Below the pieces are notes generated by a model, which was not told where the DNA came from, did not search any database, and saw only the letters and a program-made list of their open reading frames with translations. A program made the position numbers and the translations under genes. A DNA stretch of 64,000 bases from Mytilus trossulus (lineage: Eukaryota): positions 23,870,001-23,934,000 of the forward strand of contig NC_086386.1 of the NCBI RefSeq assembly GCF_036588685.1, given 5' to 3'. Positions within the stretch are counted from its first letter, which is position 1, and the number at the start of each line of letters is the position of its first letter. Positions 1 through 14,023 of the stretch are shown here, one piece after another.

Positions 1-937
1 CGTCAATTGTATCCTCCTTAGTATCTTCTGACACGGTTTTACATTTCGATAATAAATGTGCAGATATTTCGATTATAAAATGTGGCGATATGACGAATTA
101 AATTCGAGGTATACAATGTGTATTATGAATACGTTTATCGGTGTTGATGTTAATACTGCTGGTGAATCCATCTTCTCTCTAGACTGATTTTGGATGTTGT
201 GTTGGATTAAAGAAAATTATTCTCTATTTCAATCGAATTAAATCGAGCTTTGTCCGTTTTGATTTTAAAAATGCTATCAAATCAACAATTAACAGATATC
301 ATGTCCGGGATTCGAATTAATAAGATTGACTAAATATCCTTGATTGAGGTATATTAGTGATCGAATATCCTTGAACTCGAGAGGTACACCCTAACATGCA
401 TAATGTAGTCAACGTTTGATTACAATTTAATCCAACCCTTGCGACATTAAGTTTAAATTGTGTACACAGAAAATGATACTTTCCGACAACTTAATCTCCT
501 CGTTCGATTACATCTTTAACCTTTCAACATTTGATTACAACTAAAATTAGTAGTATATATATTTAGGATGATATTTATGGTAATATTGCAAACTTGATCG
601 TTACATCCTTGACGATGCTATTATTTCTTTAAATCAAGAAGATTCATTCACTAAGACCTCTCGAGTTCAAGGATATTCGATCGGACAAAGCTCGATTTAA
701 TTCGATTGAAATAGAGAATAATTTTCTTTAATCCAACACAACATCCAAACCCAGTCTAGAGAGAAGATGGATTCACCAGCAGTATTAACATCAACACCGA
801 TAAACGTATTCATAATACACATTGTATACCTCGAATTTAATTCGTCATATCGCCACATTTTATAATCGAAATATCTGCACATTTATTATCGAAATGTAAA
901 ACCGTGTCAGAAGATACTAAGGAGGATACAATTGACG
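1..937. repeat. Inverted duplication (arms 1-256 and 682-937) with inner 27-bp IR (359-385 and 656-682)
   Basis: Reverse-complement match with about 2 mismatches; left arm is cut by the window edge. Confidence 0.95.
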
Positions 938-1038
938 ATAGTTCAGTAAGCTTGTTTGAGGAAGTGAACAAGCTCAGAGCCAGACTATACCATCTGGAGG
1001 CTATGCTGATAGCACATGTATGCAAATGCAAGTGTTAA
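841..1038 (+). pseudogene. Relic ORF ending in a Fos/ATF3-like leucine zipper
   Basis: Stop-free frame ...LFEEVNKLRARLYHLEAMLIAHVCKCKC*; upstream part broken by TAA at 838. Confidence 0.35.
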
Positions 1039-1483
1039 TTGAATTTGTGTGTAAACATAACGCGGGACATTGGTTATATAATTTTTCAAATATATATAAA
1101 ACAGTGGATTTTAGTTATGTTGTTTTTATTATTGATCGATTGGAGTGTAATTATTTTTCATTATTACATCATGGTAAGTGTAACTAAAAAAAAATCTCAC
1201 TGAACCGTTCTTATACAACAGGGTTTATCAGAAAAGTGTTGTCATGATTAAAAGATGTTAAAAGATTATGCAAGTTACTTCAGCGATCGATATGACGTAC
1301 TCAAGTTGATTGAACTTGTTTCAACAGATTACGGTTTAAAATGACAACTTAAGACAATTCCAATGGGTTACATTCTTTATTAATTTACAGTTATTAATAC
1401 ACAATATATTGTTATATTTCAAGTGAATATAATGACCACAGTTAAACAAAAAGTTACAATTATCTGTCCTTCGTTTGTTTCAT

Positions 1484-1988
1484 TCAACACTCTGTAAAAT
1501 TGTTTGGATTACACTCTGGACATGTTAGAAATCCCAACTGATTCATGTGGTCCGATCTATAGGGACACGGTACGACAGAAGACAGTTCGGGTACAAAGTC
1601 ACCCATCCCACTGGCAGTGTCCTTCAATTTGTTATATTCGGAAGGTCTCAAACAAATTCCTTTTTTGGTCGGTATGATATCGGTTTGATTTGTGGGTACC
1701 CAATATTGTCTTAGGTCTACACAGATTGAGTTGTCTTGAACAGTGGCGTAGACGTTTCCCCCCAAGGTGAGATTTATACTCCCTCTTTTCCGTTAAGGCC
1801 TGGTCAATAAAGTCGAGACTGTCGACCAACATTTTCCATCGAGTTAAGGGTAGACTAATTCCTAATTTCGTGGGAATGATATTTTTCTGGGAATCCCACT
1901 CTCTGATGTCGATTCGTATATCATCTTTCCACTCTTTGGCTTGGACGAATCTGTTATTTCCCAATTCGATATTGCAACGTACTGCCAT
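1484..1988 (-). pseudogene. Intronless tandem PC4 (Sub1-like ssDNA-binding) domain gene with Cys/His tail, one frameshift
   Basis: Two PC4 motifs (IDIREW..IPTKLGISL; VDLRQYW..IPTKKGICL) in overlapping ORFs that join if one G is removed from the G6 run at 1758-1763; tail C-x4-DH-x8-CxxC. Confidence 0.8.
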
Positions 1989-2006
1989 GTCGACGTATTT
2001 CGTTGT

Positions 2007-2244
2007 AAATGAAAAGTTTCAAGGTGTGCCTAGCTTTTATATATGCAGAACGATGGGTTTTTTCATTGGTCAAAATAAAACGCAATGAACTGCAAACGTT
2101 TGCATCATAATCCGATGAAGTAATCTACATGTCCTTTAAAGGACTTTTAATGCAAGGAATTAACCATCTTATTAGGATATATAGTTCTGGTCTTTCATTG
2201 GTTGAAATATGACGCAATGAACTGCTAACGTTTGCCTCATTATC
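2007..2244 (-). promoter_or_regulatory. Core promoter of the PC4 gene: Inr, TATA, duplicated CCAAT-containing element
   Basis: Minus-strand TATAAAA at 2041, TCATTT Inr (A at 2010, 31 nt away), CCAAT at 2065-2069; about 52-bp direct repeat at 2061-2112 and 2193-2244. Confidence 0.55.
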
Positions 2245-4059
2245 CTAGTAGAGAATTCTCTATATCTGACTTTACTAGCGTCATACATAAAGTATACGTA
2301 AGAAATCAAAATTAAGACTATATTTGAGATTGAATTGTCTCCCTTTTTCCGAAATGCATTCAGCCATAATTTCGCCTTCATCTTCATATGTTTTCGTAAT
2401 CTAATTAGGATACTAGTATTTGAATTAAGACAACATTAGTGGAAAACGTTTATTTTCAGTAAGGGAATCATGAATAAATTGGACAATTAAACAATCTTTT
2501 GTTGGTTGATACTGTACGTGTAAGTCTTTTTTTGTTTGATAGAAACAAACCGATCAAAAAACAGATACAACCCAATGTCATTAATGGGATGAATTCCGCT
2601 TTATGGTCTAGTGTGGTCTTTTTTTTATACTTGGTCATCCCGGACTTTAATATCTCAGATCGTTAATCTATTTCCTAGCTTAGACTATTTCTTACGAGTT
2701 ATTTATTGGGAATGTTGCAACTGTCTTTTTAAACTGATTTTATCGACTGCTGTTGCATCGCTTTTTAAACTTATGAGAGTATTTTGAGTCGGTAAACATG
2801 TTTGTGCACCGCCATAATTTATGCTCGGTCATATGCTACTCAGTGCTTGACTTTGTTGCTGCTTATAATATTTGTCTTTGGTTCGCACATGTTTGCTTTC
2901 TCGTTTTAATTCCCTTTCCAAAAAAGAGATTTCGTCAGAGCACAACTAGTCAATCTTTAAGCTAACATGCACGTCTAAAACTTGAAAAAGCAGTTTTGAT
3001 TTTTAAGTATTTAGTAATTCTGGTAACTTAAAATTATTGACCATTAAATCGCAAGAAAAATAATCGTAATTAATGGAAACAAAGGAAGGTATAAAGAGCT
3101 GATATCCAGTTTATGATTCAATAACTGGAGACACTGCTATACATCTGTTATACTTTGTTTAAAATGGCATGGGTTAATATTTAAATCAAAGCATATTATT
3201 ATTATAAAATTATAATTGAAATAAAAAATCTCATAATACAAATATCATCTCACTTTGTTGACCGTCTATCCACGATATTCACACCAATATAGGTTGTATC
3301 TCTAATTTAAAGTTGTGTTTGGCGTAAAGTTGTGTTTGACGTATAGTTATCATAACTAGTATTTTGAAGGTTTTTTTCTACGAAAAAAAACCTTCAGATA
3401 TACCTTTTAGTCAAGTCAGAATCAACATGTGTGAAATTATAAAAAAAATCTAAAAATAAATATTTATGGTTGATACAAAACTTCACGCCAACATATAAAT
3501 GTGTCGTATATCTTATATCAAGATAGTTCTTGTTTGTTTATTGTCGTCAGTACATAATCAAGGCAATCTGAAATTGAGCCCTGGGTCTGGACTAAAGCTC
3601 AATTATGAAGGTCATACGGTAACCAATAGTTGCTTAAAATCAACATTACTCCCCCTTGTATTTAGCTATATGATTGTTAATATTGTTAGATATCGACCAT
3701 TCATCGTTTGTGGTTAAACAGAGGATTTTTTTAAAGTTTTATTCTTTATTGCTTCATTTGTACTTCATCAAATTGGCTGTACGAAATAAAATGCCCCTCC
3801 GCACCAAATTTTTTATCAAATAAAAAGATTGTTCGTTCCTTTTATGATGTTAACATTCGAAAGAAAATTAACGGAACATCTGAGTGGCTATCTCCTGGCC
3901 ATATTGTACCAAACATCTCTTTAAACGAGTATCCACAGTAAGGTTGAAAACATAAACAACGAAGTTTATTTTTTGGGAAGAACTTCTTTTTATGAAATAT
4001 CGAATGAAACAAGTGTGGACACAGACTAGTGTGGACAGTATCCAGCATGTATAGAATTA

Positions 4060-4540
4060 CAAGACCACCAGACAGACACATAAAAAACACCACCAGACAG
4101 ACACACAAACAAGACCACCAAACAGACATAGACAGACAGCCAGCCAGACCAGACCAACAGATAGACAGAAAAGACCACTAAACAGACAGACATACACATC
4201 AGATAAACAGACAGACGGACAAGAACACCAGATAAACTAATAGATGGACAAGATCACCAAACAGACAGACATACAAGACCACTAGACAGACAAGACAATC
4301 AGACAGACAGACAATGCCACCAGACAGGCAGACATACAAGACCACCAGACAGACAAGACAATCAGANNNNNNNNNNNNNNNNNNNNNNNNNNNNNNNNNN
4401 NNNNNNNNNNNNNNNNNNNNNNNNNNNNNNNNNNNNNNNNNNNNNNNNNNNNNNNNNNNNNNNNNNNNNNNNNNNNNNNNNNNNNNNNNNNNNNNNNNNN
4501 NNNNNNACAGACAGACAAGACCACCGACAGACAGACAAAC
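4060..4540. repeat. (CAGA)n-rich compound microsatellite spanning gap 4367-4506
   Basis: Repeated gaccaccagacagaca units. Confidence 0.9.
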
Positions 4541-7500
4541 AAATATAATAAGGTCTCCTACAGCTCCACTACACAGGTCAGGAACTTGTAAAACCAGTTA
4601 ACACTAGATGAGTAACGATCCATATCAATCAAAAGATATTTTTTTTAGCTAATTAAACACAAGTCCCACACAAATCAATTTAGTTTAATTAACCCAAGTT
4701 AAACTTAATCAGCATATCTTTGCGTCTTGGCTTTAAACGCCATATATAAATATGTAACATAACGTTGCTATGAAATAAAGAGAATAGCAAATATATTTGC
4801 GGGTTCCCAAAAGGTACATGAAATACTGTGGAGACCGAATATCTACAGATAATCCTTTTTCAAATGATTTTTACATTTCGTTCTTATATCGTACTATAAC
4901 ACCACTGTTCCAGGTTAGGGGGAGGGTGGGGACTCCGCTAACATGTTTAACCCCGTTTTACGTACATATGTGCCTGTCCCCAAGTCTAGAACCTGTAATT
5001 CAGTGGTTGTCGTTTTTAGTGCCGTGTTACATATTAGTTTTTCGTTCATTTTTTTTTGTACATTACTAGTAATTAGGATTTTAATATTTTATTGTTACTC
5101 TTTAAAAGATGAATCTATAATTATTGGTCTATTCAAAACTGAGTCGATCCAGAGCTTTACATTTTGTGTAGAAAATGCATAATACTATATTGCAGATAAA
5201 AGGCCTAGACTACAATTCATTGACGGTTCATGTAATAGTTGTCGTAAAGTCGCTTTAACTTATATAGCTACGACTGGATTACGAACTTGACAGATAAAAA
5301 TTAATTGGAAACTAGTGATACGAAGCATGAATATCATTTGTTTTTAAACAACAATTTCCTATAGAAAATAGTTTTCTGTGATTTATATGTTTTATTGATA
5401 TCCCCCTTTTGACGCTTTTATACCATGGACTTCGATGTTTCATCCTTGATGACACCATGTAAACGGATGTCATCTATGAGATTAAAACATTTGTTTCATC
5501 AAAGAGCTTGAAACATTTGTTTCTTCATTACATTTTTTTGAGATAAGGTTGTACAAGTTCCGGTTGGATGAAATTTAAAAAAAAAAAAGGCAGGACAGAA
5601 ATTTTGATTAAAAAAAATACAGGACATGAGTTTCGATTGAAAAAAGGCAGGATGAGCAACCGGGCCAAAAAAAACCAGGACCAAATATAGTAAAAATAAA
5701 AATGCAGGACAGAAATTACAACTTAAAAAAAGGAGGACACAATGTTTTTATCTTACCCCCCCCCCCCCCCCCCCCCCCCCTGAAATCAAATGATAGCTTC
5801 CTGAAATGTCGGATGTATGACATTAAGTGATGTGAATATACCCCTTACATTGTGAATCGGCAACCGGTCTACCATGATAGGAATACTATTAACCGCATCA
5901 TTTAATTTCAAAAGGTTTTTCGAGAAATCATGCAGTGAATTTGCGCTTCAGAATTGTGCAACATTTCGCGAAACTAAATTAAATTTGTAAGGAAAAAAAG
6001 ACTCCATCTTATCTGTGAGAAGATATATTTAAACTTCAATGTTGGATTACGTTATACAGCCGAAGTTAGTTTCTTTATCGTCCCTGGAGTGCCGTTTGGG
6101 AGTACCAACATCTTTCCGCCTTTTTGGTTCTGAACTTCGCGGATGGGTAGTTTTGTATAGAAATAGTTCTAGGTTAGTTTTTTTATCTTGGGTTACAATG
6201 CAAAATCACTGGCAGTTCTAGCTCAGACCAACTCTTCAGTAAAATATGGAGTAAATTAAAGTAGTTCCGGAACAGAATCGATCAATGTTGGGAGTTTAGT
6301 TATAACGGTATAACTACGATACAGGGCTTTATAATTACGGGTTGGGGTGCTTTCTATAAGGTCCTCGTTCTCAAATTCATATATGGACTTGACTAGGATG
6401 TAGAATTGTCTCATTGGCACTCACACCACATCTTTTTATTTATATTGATAGGTTTAAATGATAAATTTCTAATTTGGGTGCTTTCGGTGACGTTTTCAAG
6501 TTGTGTTATAAAATATCGGTCTAGTGTAGTAATGCTCATTTCACACTTTAAAGTATAGTTGCTGCTGTTGTTGCTTTATGTTGAGTCATATACAAGGTGT
6601 TTCCATGTAATGCTTTTACTTCCTCTACAGCTCTTGTGCTCACTACCTTCTTGTGTGTGTTTTGCTGCTGCCGCTACTTGAGGATAGAGTGTTGTTGAGT
6701 TTGAAAGTGATTTCCTTCATTTGATTCTTAAAAGCTGCAGTAGCAACATCATAACTATCCCTTAGCAACAGCAGAATACAATGAGCATAAGAGCAAGCTA
6801 TACAGGGCACCAAAATGACCATTGTACCACAATTCAAACAGGAAAACCAACGGTCTAATCTATTTTACAAAACCAGAAACATTTATCAAACATACCAACA
6901 AACGACAAGCACTGTTCCTGACTTAAATTCCTGACTGAGAACAGGTGCATATAATATATGCAGCGGATTTGAACGTTTTAACAGGCGTCAATCTTCACCC
7001 TCAACCTGATACAGCAGTATATTAACATTTCAAACAGAAAAGACGCACTATAAAATATTAATTGAAAACGGCTTTACTCAGACTATAAAAAAAGTGAAAG
7101 TAATATGAAATCGTGTGTACCAGTGTATGACTGTTTCTTCAAATTTACTTTTCATATGTTGTAATGGCTCTTGCTCTTTCTGCATGAAAGATGATAAACT
7201 TTCAGAAACCCCCAAAAAAAGTAAAAAAAATTGCAGCCATCAGCTACATTTCCTTTTATCTGTTTTGACTCCTTATAATTTTAAAATCTTGATTTATTTC
7301 CTTGCATAAACTTCAAAGTTTGTTCGATTTCCTGTAGCATGCGCTGCAACGCATTTAAAAAAATTGGAATTGATGACTGGGGGCGCTACAAAGATCTTCT
7401 AGTAATCTAAATAAGTGTTCATCGGTTGATAAATAGCATTGCACATTAACATAACAACTGTAAAGATACAAATGTCCAAGTCGTCTTCACCAAAAACTTA

Positions 7501-10206
7501 AATAAATCAATTTGGAAAAAGAGGTATGAAATATGTCAACTTAAATAAAAAGATACTGATATATTTCATTATATCTACTAGTATAAAAATCGTATTTTTT
7601 GGCTTACTGTCAAAAAAATATAAATCTGTAAAAGCAATCACCGACTTACCATCTTACGTATGCAAAGTCAGTGATTAATACATACGTTTTCACCTGTTTA
7701 ACGGTCTAAACATGATTTTGGGAAAAGAAAGACAATCCAAATTAATAGTTTTCTCTTTCATATGTATAATGTATGTTGAAATGACGCTTGGAAGGTATAA
7801 ATAACATGAAGTTGACGCTTCCTACGTACAAATACCATTGTTAAGTAACATTTAACGTATAAAGTAGATACTTATGTCGCTTGTGTTGTTTTCTCTATTA
7901 AGTAATTAACATGTACTTAAAATTAATTTACGGTAGCATGACCTTATATGGAAGTTCATATACGTCTATTGTTGGAGTTTGGGTCTATTTTAAAGTTCGG
8001 GGAAGTCCCTTTTTGCCGCCATCTTGGAACCTTAGAACCTTACGTTTTTACGGTATCCAAAAAAAGCTCAATCCCTACTACTAATAATGTCATCGAAATG
8101 TTAATCGTGAAACTCGTGCTTAATAGTTATCAAAAGTACCAGGATTATACTTAGGGTTTAGGGTTAGGGTTAGGTTTTAATTAAAAATTTAGGTTTTAGT
8201 TAAAAATTAAAAAAAATCCCGCGGAAATGTGTGTATTCGTGGTTTACGTAAGTGACATATCGGACGTAAGTGTAATTGACACTATTTGTCTCTGTTTGAT
8301 TATATTAATCATGTATTATTTGCTATTTAATTTTTTTTTTAAATAATAAACTTGATGTAGAAAAGAATGCTGTTTTACTGAATATAACAAAGACTCATTT
8401 AACTGCTATTGTAGATGTGAAATACGTGCTCCCGGCTTGCGCGGCACTTTACGTTCGTTCGTACCTTTCGTCAATTTGTAAGAAAGCTCTATTAGAGGTT
8501 TCTCAACATCTTACGAACGAACGAAAATCGCCCTAACTTGACGTTACTTGTCGTAACGAGAAAAGAGGGAGCAGTAATTTATCTTATAATTTTGGATTAT
8601 CGGCTGTGCTCTGCTTCCCTTTGAAATGTCTTTTACATGTAAAATATGCATGCTTGATTTTTTATAACCATTTTGAATCAAATACATATTATATTTATTT
8701 GATATTATATATTATATAATATACAATTTACTGTTCAATCAACACAGTTAAAAGTCTTATTGATCTATAAATTTAAGTGAAGAATATTTAATCAAAGGAC
8801 AGTAATTGTACAAGAAATTCTAATAAATATGATGACAACATCACTATTTTAGTATATGTGAAAAAGGTAAATATAGATTCATGTATACATATGGATCGAA
8901 AGGGATAAGTATTTTTTTTTTATCTTAGCTAGAAGCTTAACGGTAAAAATTATTTCGTGGACACGAGGTAAAATAAATCTAGGAGTGAACGCCTTTCGAT
9001 TTAAATTTGAAAAGAAAACATCCCAATAAGTTCCGGGATAACTTCTTTGCCCTAACCACTAAAATCGAAATGATCTCTTCTTATTGATATATTGTTATAA
9101 ATTGGTAGACTTAACAAGAAAATAATGGAAAATATTGAAATGCATATTTAAACTTATATGTGTTTTTTTGGTTATCATGGCCTTTCTTATTCTATGGGTG
9201 TATGTTTCCTCTATAGTATAATTATGAGTATATACATTTTTTTTTCTTGTTTATTGTTTCCGTTAAGCTTCTATGGCATACTGTGCATATTTCCTATATT
9301 TTTCATATTTCTCATTTTTCTTTTTAGTTATGGGTGTAATATATAAAAAATATATTTTGATAACTATGTGCCTACCAGTTGTGTTAGGGCTAACTATAGA
9401 TCGAGTCCACCTTTGAATTTCTTTAACTGATTCCCAATAAATATTAGAAATAAAAAAGCTATGTTACGACATATTTATTCAAGACACTCTCCGATACGAA
9501 ATAATGAAACTCATAGTAACTCAAACCGATTGGACCCATAGAAGGGACGTGTGGATAGATGAAATATATTAAAGTTGTGTTATCTCAATCACTTATCAAT
9601 CCTTTACCAAACGCTAATTTCGCAGTGAAATGAGTGGAATGTTTGCCACTGAACGTTAAACACCAAACAATCAATCAACTAATTGTTGAATTTTTTAATC
9701 AAGGACATTATAAAAAAAATCTTTTTGAATGGATAAGGGAGATAAATCGAACGCATATATACGACATAACAACAAACGGAACTCAACGTAAGAAAACGAA
9801 ACACCTCTATTAGGTTTCTCAACATCTTACGATCGGACGAAATTCTACGAACGTATCGTTATGGAGCAGTTATTTTGTTATAATAAAATCCATAATAAAT
9901 GTCTACCGATACTGCAGTGTGTTTAAAAGACAACAGTTAACAACTTAATATCCTTTTTTGCAACCTTGCATTTTATTGTTGTCATTACACATCCGTGTTC
10001 CAATTTATTTCTGTTGTTGACTGTTTCGTTTTCTTACGTTGAGTTCCGTTTGTTGTTATGTCGTATATATGCGTTCGATTTATCTCCCTTATATATATCC
10101 TTCATATATCCACACGTCCCTTCTATGGGTCCAATCGGTTTGAGTTACTATGAGTTTCATTATTTCGTATCGGAGAGTATCTTGAATAAATATGTCGTAA
10201 CATAGC

Positions 10207-12241
10207 TTTTTATACGACCGCAAATTTTGAAAAAAAATTTCGTCGTATATTGCTATCACGTTGGCGTCGTTGTCTGCGTCGTCGTCGTCGTCGTTGTCGT
10301 CGTCGTCGTCGTCGTTGTCGTCGTCGTCGTCGTCGTTGTCGTCGTCATCGTCGTCGTTGTCGTCGTCGTCGTCGTCGTCCGAATACTTTTAGTTTTCGCA
10401 CTCTAACTTTAGTAAAAGTGAATATAAATCTATAAAATTTTATCACAAGGTTTATGACCACAAAAGGAAGGTTGGTATAGATTTTGGGAGTTTTGGACCC
10501 AACATTTTAGGAATTAGGGGCCAAAAAGGGCCCAAAATAAGCATTTTCTTGGTTTTCGCACTATAACTTTAGTTTAAGTTAATAGAAATCTATGAAATTT
10601 TGACACAAGGTTCATGACCACAAAAGAAAGGTTGGGATTGATTTTGGGAGTTTTGATTTCAACAGTGTAGGAATTAAGGGCCAAAAAAGGGCCCAAATAA
10701 GCATTATTCTTGGTTTTCGCACAATAACTTTAGTTTAAGTAAATAGAAAATAATGAAATTTAAACACAATGTTTATGACCACAAAAGGAAGGTTGGTATT
10801 TTTTAAGGGAGTTGAGGACCCAACAGTTAAGGAATTAGGGGCCAAAAAGGGACCCAAATAAGCATTTTTCTTGGTTTTCGTACCATACCTTTAGTATAAG
10901 TAAATAGAAATCTATGAAATTTAAACACAAGGTTTATGACCATAAAAGGAAGGTTGGTAATGATTTTGGGAGTTTTGGTCCCAACAGTTTAGGAATAAGG
11001 GGCCCAAAGGGTCCAAAATTAAACTTTGTTTGATTTCATCAAAATTGAATAATTGGGGTTCTTTGATATGCCGAATCAAACTGTGTATGTAGATTTTTAA
11101 CTTTTAGTCATGTTTTCAAATTGGTCTACATTAAGGTCCAAAGGGTCCAAAATTAAACTTCGTTTTATTTTGACAAAAAATTAATCGGTTGGGTTCTTTG
11201 ATATGCTGAATCTAAAAATGTACTTAGATTCTTGATTATCGGCCCAGTTTTCAAGTTGGTCCAAATCGGGGTCCAAAATTAAACTTTGTTTGATTTCATC
11301 AAAAATTGAATAAATGGGGTTCTTTGATATGCCAAATCTAACTGTGTATGTAGATTCCTCATTTTTGGTCTTATTTTCAAATTGGTCTACATTAAAGTCC
11401 AAAGGGTCCAAAATTAAACTTAGTTTGATTTTAACAAAAATTGAAATCTTGGGGTTCTTTGATATGCTGAATCCAAACATGTACTTAGATTTTTGATTAT
11501 GGGCCCAGTTTTCAAGTTGGTCCAAATCAGGATCTAAAATTATATTAAGATTTGTGCAATAGCAAGTCTTTTCAATTGCACAGTATTGCGGAATGGCAAG
11601 AAATATCTTATTGCAAAATATTGTGAAATAGCAATTTTGTTTTTAATTAGAGTTATCTTTCTTTGTCCAGAATAGTAAGCAAGAAATATCTAATTGTAAG
11701 AATTTTTTTATTTGGAGTTATCTTTCTTTGTCCAGAATCAACTTAAATCTTTGTTATATATACATTCATTTTTTACTACCAACTGATAAATTAAAATAAT
11801 CTTTACCATTCAGTGATAACAAGCAGTTTTTTTACATCTTAACATTTTATGATGTATTTAAATGAGTAGTAATTGTTGCAAACTCCATTAGAAATTTTAA
11901 TTAAGATTAGTTTTGGAATAAGGGAAAGGGGGATGTGATTAAAAAAATTGGGTTCAATTTTCTCATTTGAAATTTCATAATTAAAAAGAAAATTTCTTCA
12001 AACATTGTTTTGAGAGGAATAATATTCAACAGCATAGTGAATTGCTCTAAGAGAAAACAAAAATTTTAAGTTCATTAGAACACATTCATTCTGTGTCAGA
12101 AACCTATGCTGTGTCAACTATTTAATCACAATCCAAATTTAGAGCTGAATCCAGCTTGAATGTTGTGTCCATACTTGCCCCAACCGTTCAGGGTTCAACC
12201 TCTGCGGTTGTATAAAGCTACGCCCTGCGGAGCATCTGGTT
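10207..12241 (+). mobile_element. Helentron-associated non-autonomous element (HINE/pearl-like), copy 1
   Basis: subTIRs tttatacgaccgca / tgcggttgtataaa, (CGT)n microsatellite, about 161-bp core tandem repeats, short 3' tail, inserted in a T run. Confidence 0.85.
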
Positions 12242-12344
12242 TATTTCTAATATTTATTGGGAATCAGTTAAAGAAATTTAAAGGTGGACTCGATCTATAG
12301 TTAGCCCTAACACAACTGGTAGGCACATAGTTATCAAAATATAT

Positions 12345-14023
12345 TTTTTATACGACCGCAAATTTTGAAAAAATATTTCGTCGTCGTCTGCGTCGTCGTT
12401 GTCGTCGTCGTCGTCGTCGGCGTCCGAATACTTTCAGTAAAAGTGAATAGAAATCTATGAAATTTAAACACAAGGTATATGACCATAAAAGGAAGGTTGG
12501 TATTGATTTTGGGAGTTTTGGTCCCAACATTTTAGGAATTAGGGGCCAAAAAGGGCCCAAATAAGCATTTTCTTGGTTTTCGCACTATAACTTTAGTTTA
12601 AGTTAATAGAAATCTATGAAATTTTGACACAAGGTTTATGACAACAAAAGGAAGGTTGGGATTGATTTTGGAAGTTTTGGTTACAACAGTTTAGGAATTA
12701 GGGTCCAAAAAAGGGCCCAAATAAGCATTATTCTTGGTTTTCGCACAATAACTTTGGTTTAAGTATATAGAAATCGATGAAATTTAAACACAATGTTTAT
12801 GACCACAAAAGGAAGGTTGGTATTGATTTTGGGAGTTTAGGTCCCAACAGTTTAGGAATTAGGGGCCAAAAAGGGACCCAAATAAGCATTTTTCTTGGTT
12901 TTCGCACCATAACGTTAGTATAAGTAAATAGAAATCCCTGAAATTTAAACACAAGGTTTATGACCATAAAAGGAAGGTTGGTATAGATTTTGGAAGTTTT
13001 GGTCCCAACAGTTTAGGAAAAAGGGGCCCAAAGGGTCCAAAATTAAACTTTGATTGATTTCATCAAAATTGAATAATTGGGGTGCTTTGATATGCCGAAT
13101 CTAACTGTGTATGTAGATTCTTAACTTTTAGTCATGTTTTCAAATTGGTCTACATTAAGGTCCAAAGGGTCTAAAATTAAACTAAGTTTGATTTTAACAA
13201 ATATTAAATTCTTGGGCCTCTTTGATATGCTGAATCTGAACATGTACTTAGATTTTTGATTATGGGCCCAGTTTTCAAGTTGCTCCAAATCAGGATCTAA
13301 AATTATTATATTAAGTATTGTGCAATAGCAAGTCTTTTCAATTGCACAGTATTGTGCAATGGCAAGAAATATCTAATTTCACAATATTGTGAAATAGCAA
13401 TTTGTTTTTTCAATTAGAGTTATCTTTTTTTGTCTAGAATAGTAAGCAAGAAATATCTTATTGCAATAATTTTTTTTTAATTGGAGTTATCTTTCTTTGT
13501 CCAGAATCAACTTAAATCTTTGTTATATACAATATACAATGTATATTCACTTTTTACTACCAACTGATAAATTTAAATGATCTTTACCATTCAGTGATAA
13601 CAAGCAGTTTTTTTACATCTTAATATTTTATGATGTATTTAAATGAGTAGTTATTGTTGCAAACTCCATTAGAATATTTTAATTGAGATTAGTTTTGGAA
13701 TAAGGGAAAGGGGGATGTGATTAAAAAATTGGATTCAATTTTTCTCATTTGAAATTTCATAAATAAAAAGAAAATTTCTTCAAACATTTTTTTGAGAGGA
13801 TTAATATTCAACAGCATAGTGAATTGCTCTAAGAGAAAACAAAAATTTTAAGTTCATTAGAACACATTCATTCTGTGTCAGAAACCTATGCTGTGTCAAC
13901 TATTTAATCACAATCCAAATTTAGAGCTGAATCCAGCTTGAATGTTGTGTCCATACTTGCCCCAACCGTTCAGGGTTCAACCTCTGCGGTCGTATAAAGC
14001 TACGCCCTGCGGAGCATCTGGTT
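12345..14023 (+). mobile_element. HINE copy 2 (same family, fewer repeats)
   Basis: Same subTIRs (perfect tgcggtcgtataaa), same core repeats and 3' end. Confidence 0.85.

Noticed and set aside
1752-1766. Programmed -1 frameshift (GGGAAAC) in the PC4 gene
   Set aside because: The join needs a +1 shift and the heptamer is out of register with the upstream frame; a homopolymer indel is simpler.
2300-3000. Degraded minus-strand ORF next to the PC4 gene
   Set aside because: It reads coding-like in patches but has many stops and no motif I can identify.
10250-10435. Arg-rich protamine-like ORF (also 12348-12560)
   Set aside because: It is only the translation of the (CGT)n microsatellite of the HINE.
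10385-11520. CRISPR-like array
   Set aside because: Whole units repeat with no unique spacers; these are HINE core repeats in a eukaryotic genome. The same applies to 28087-28397.
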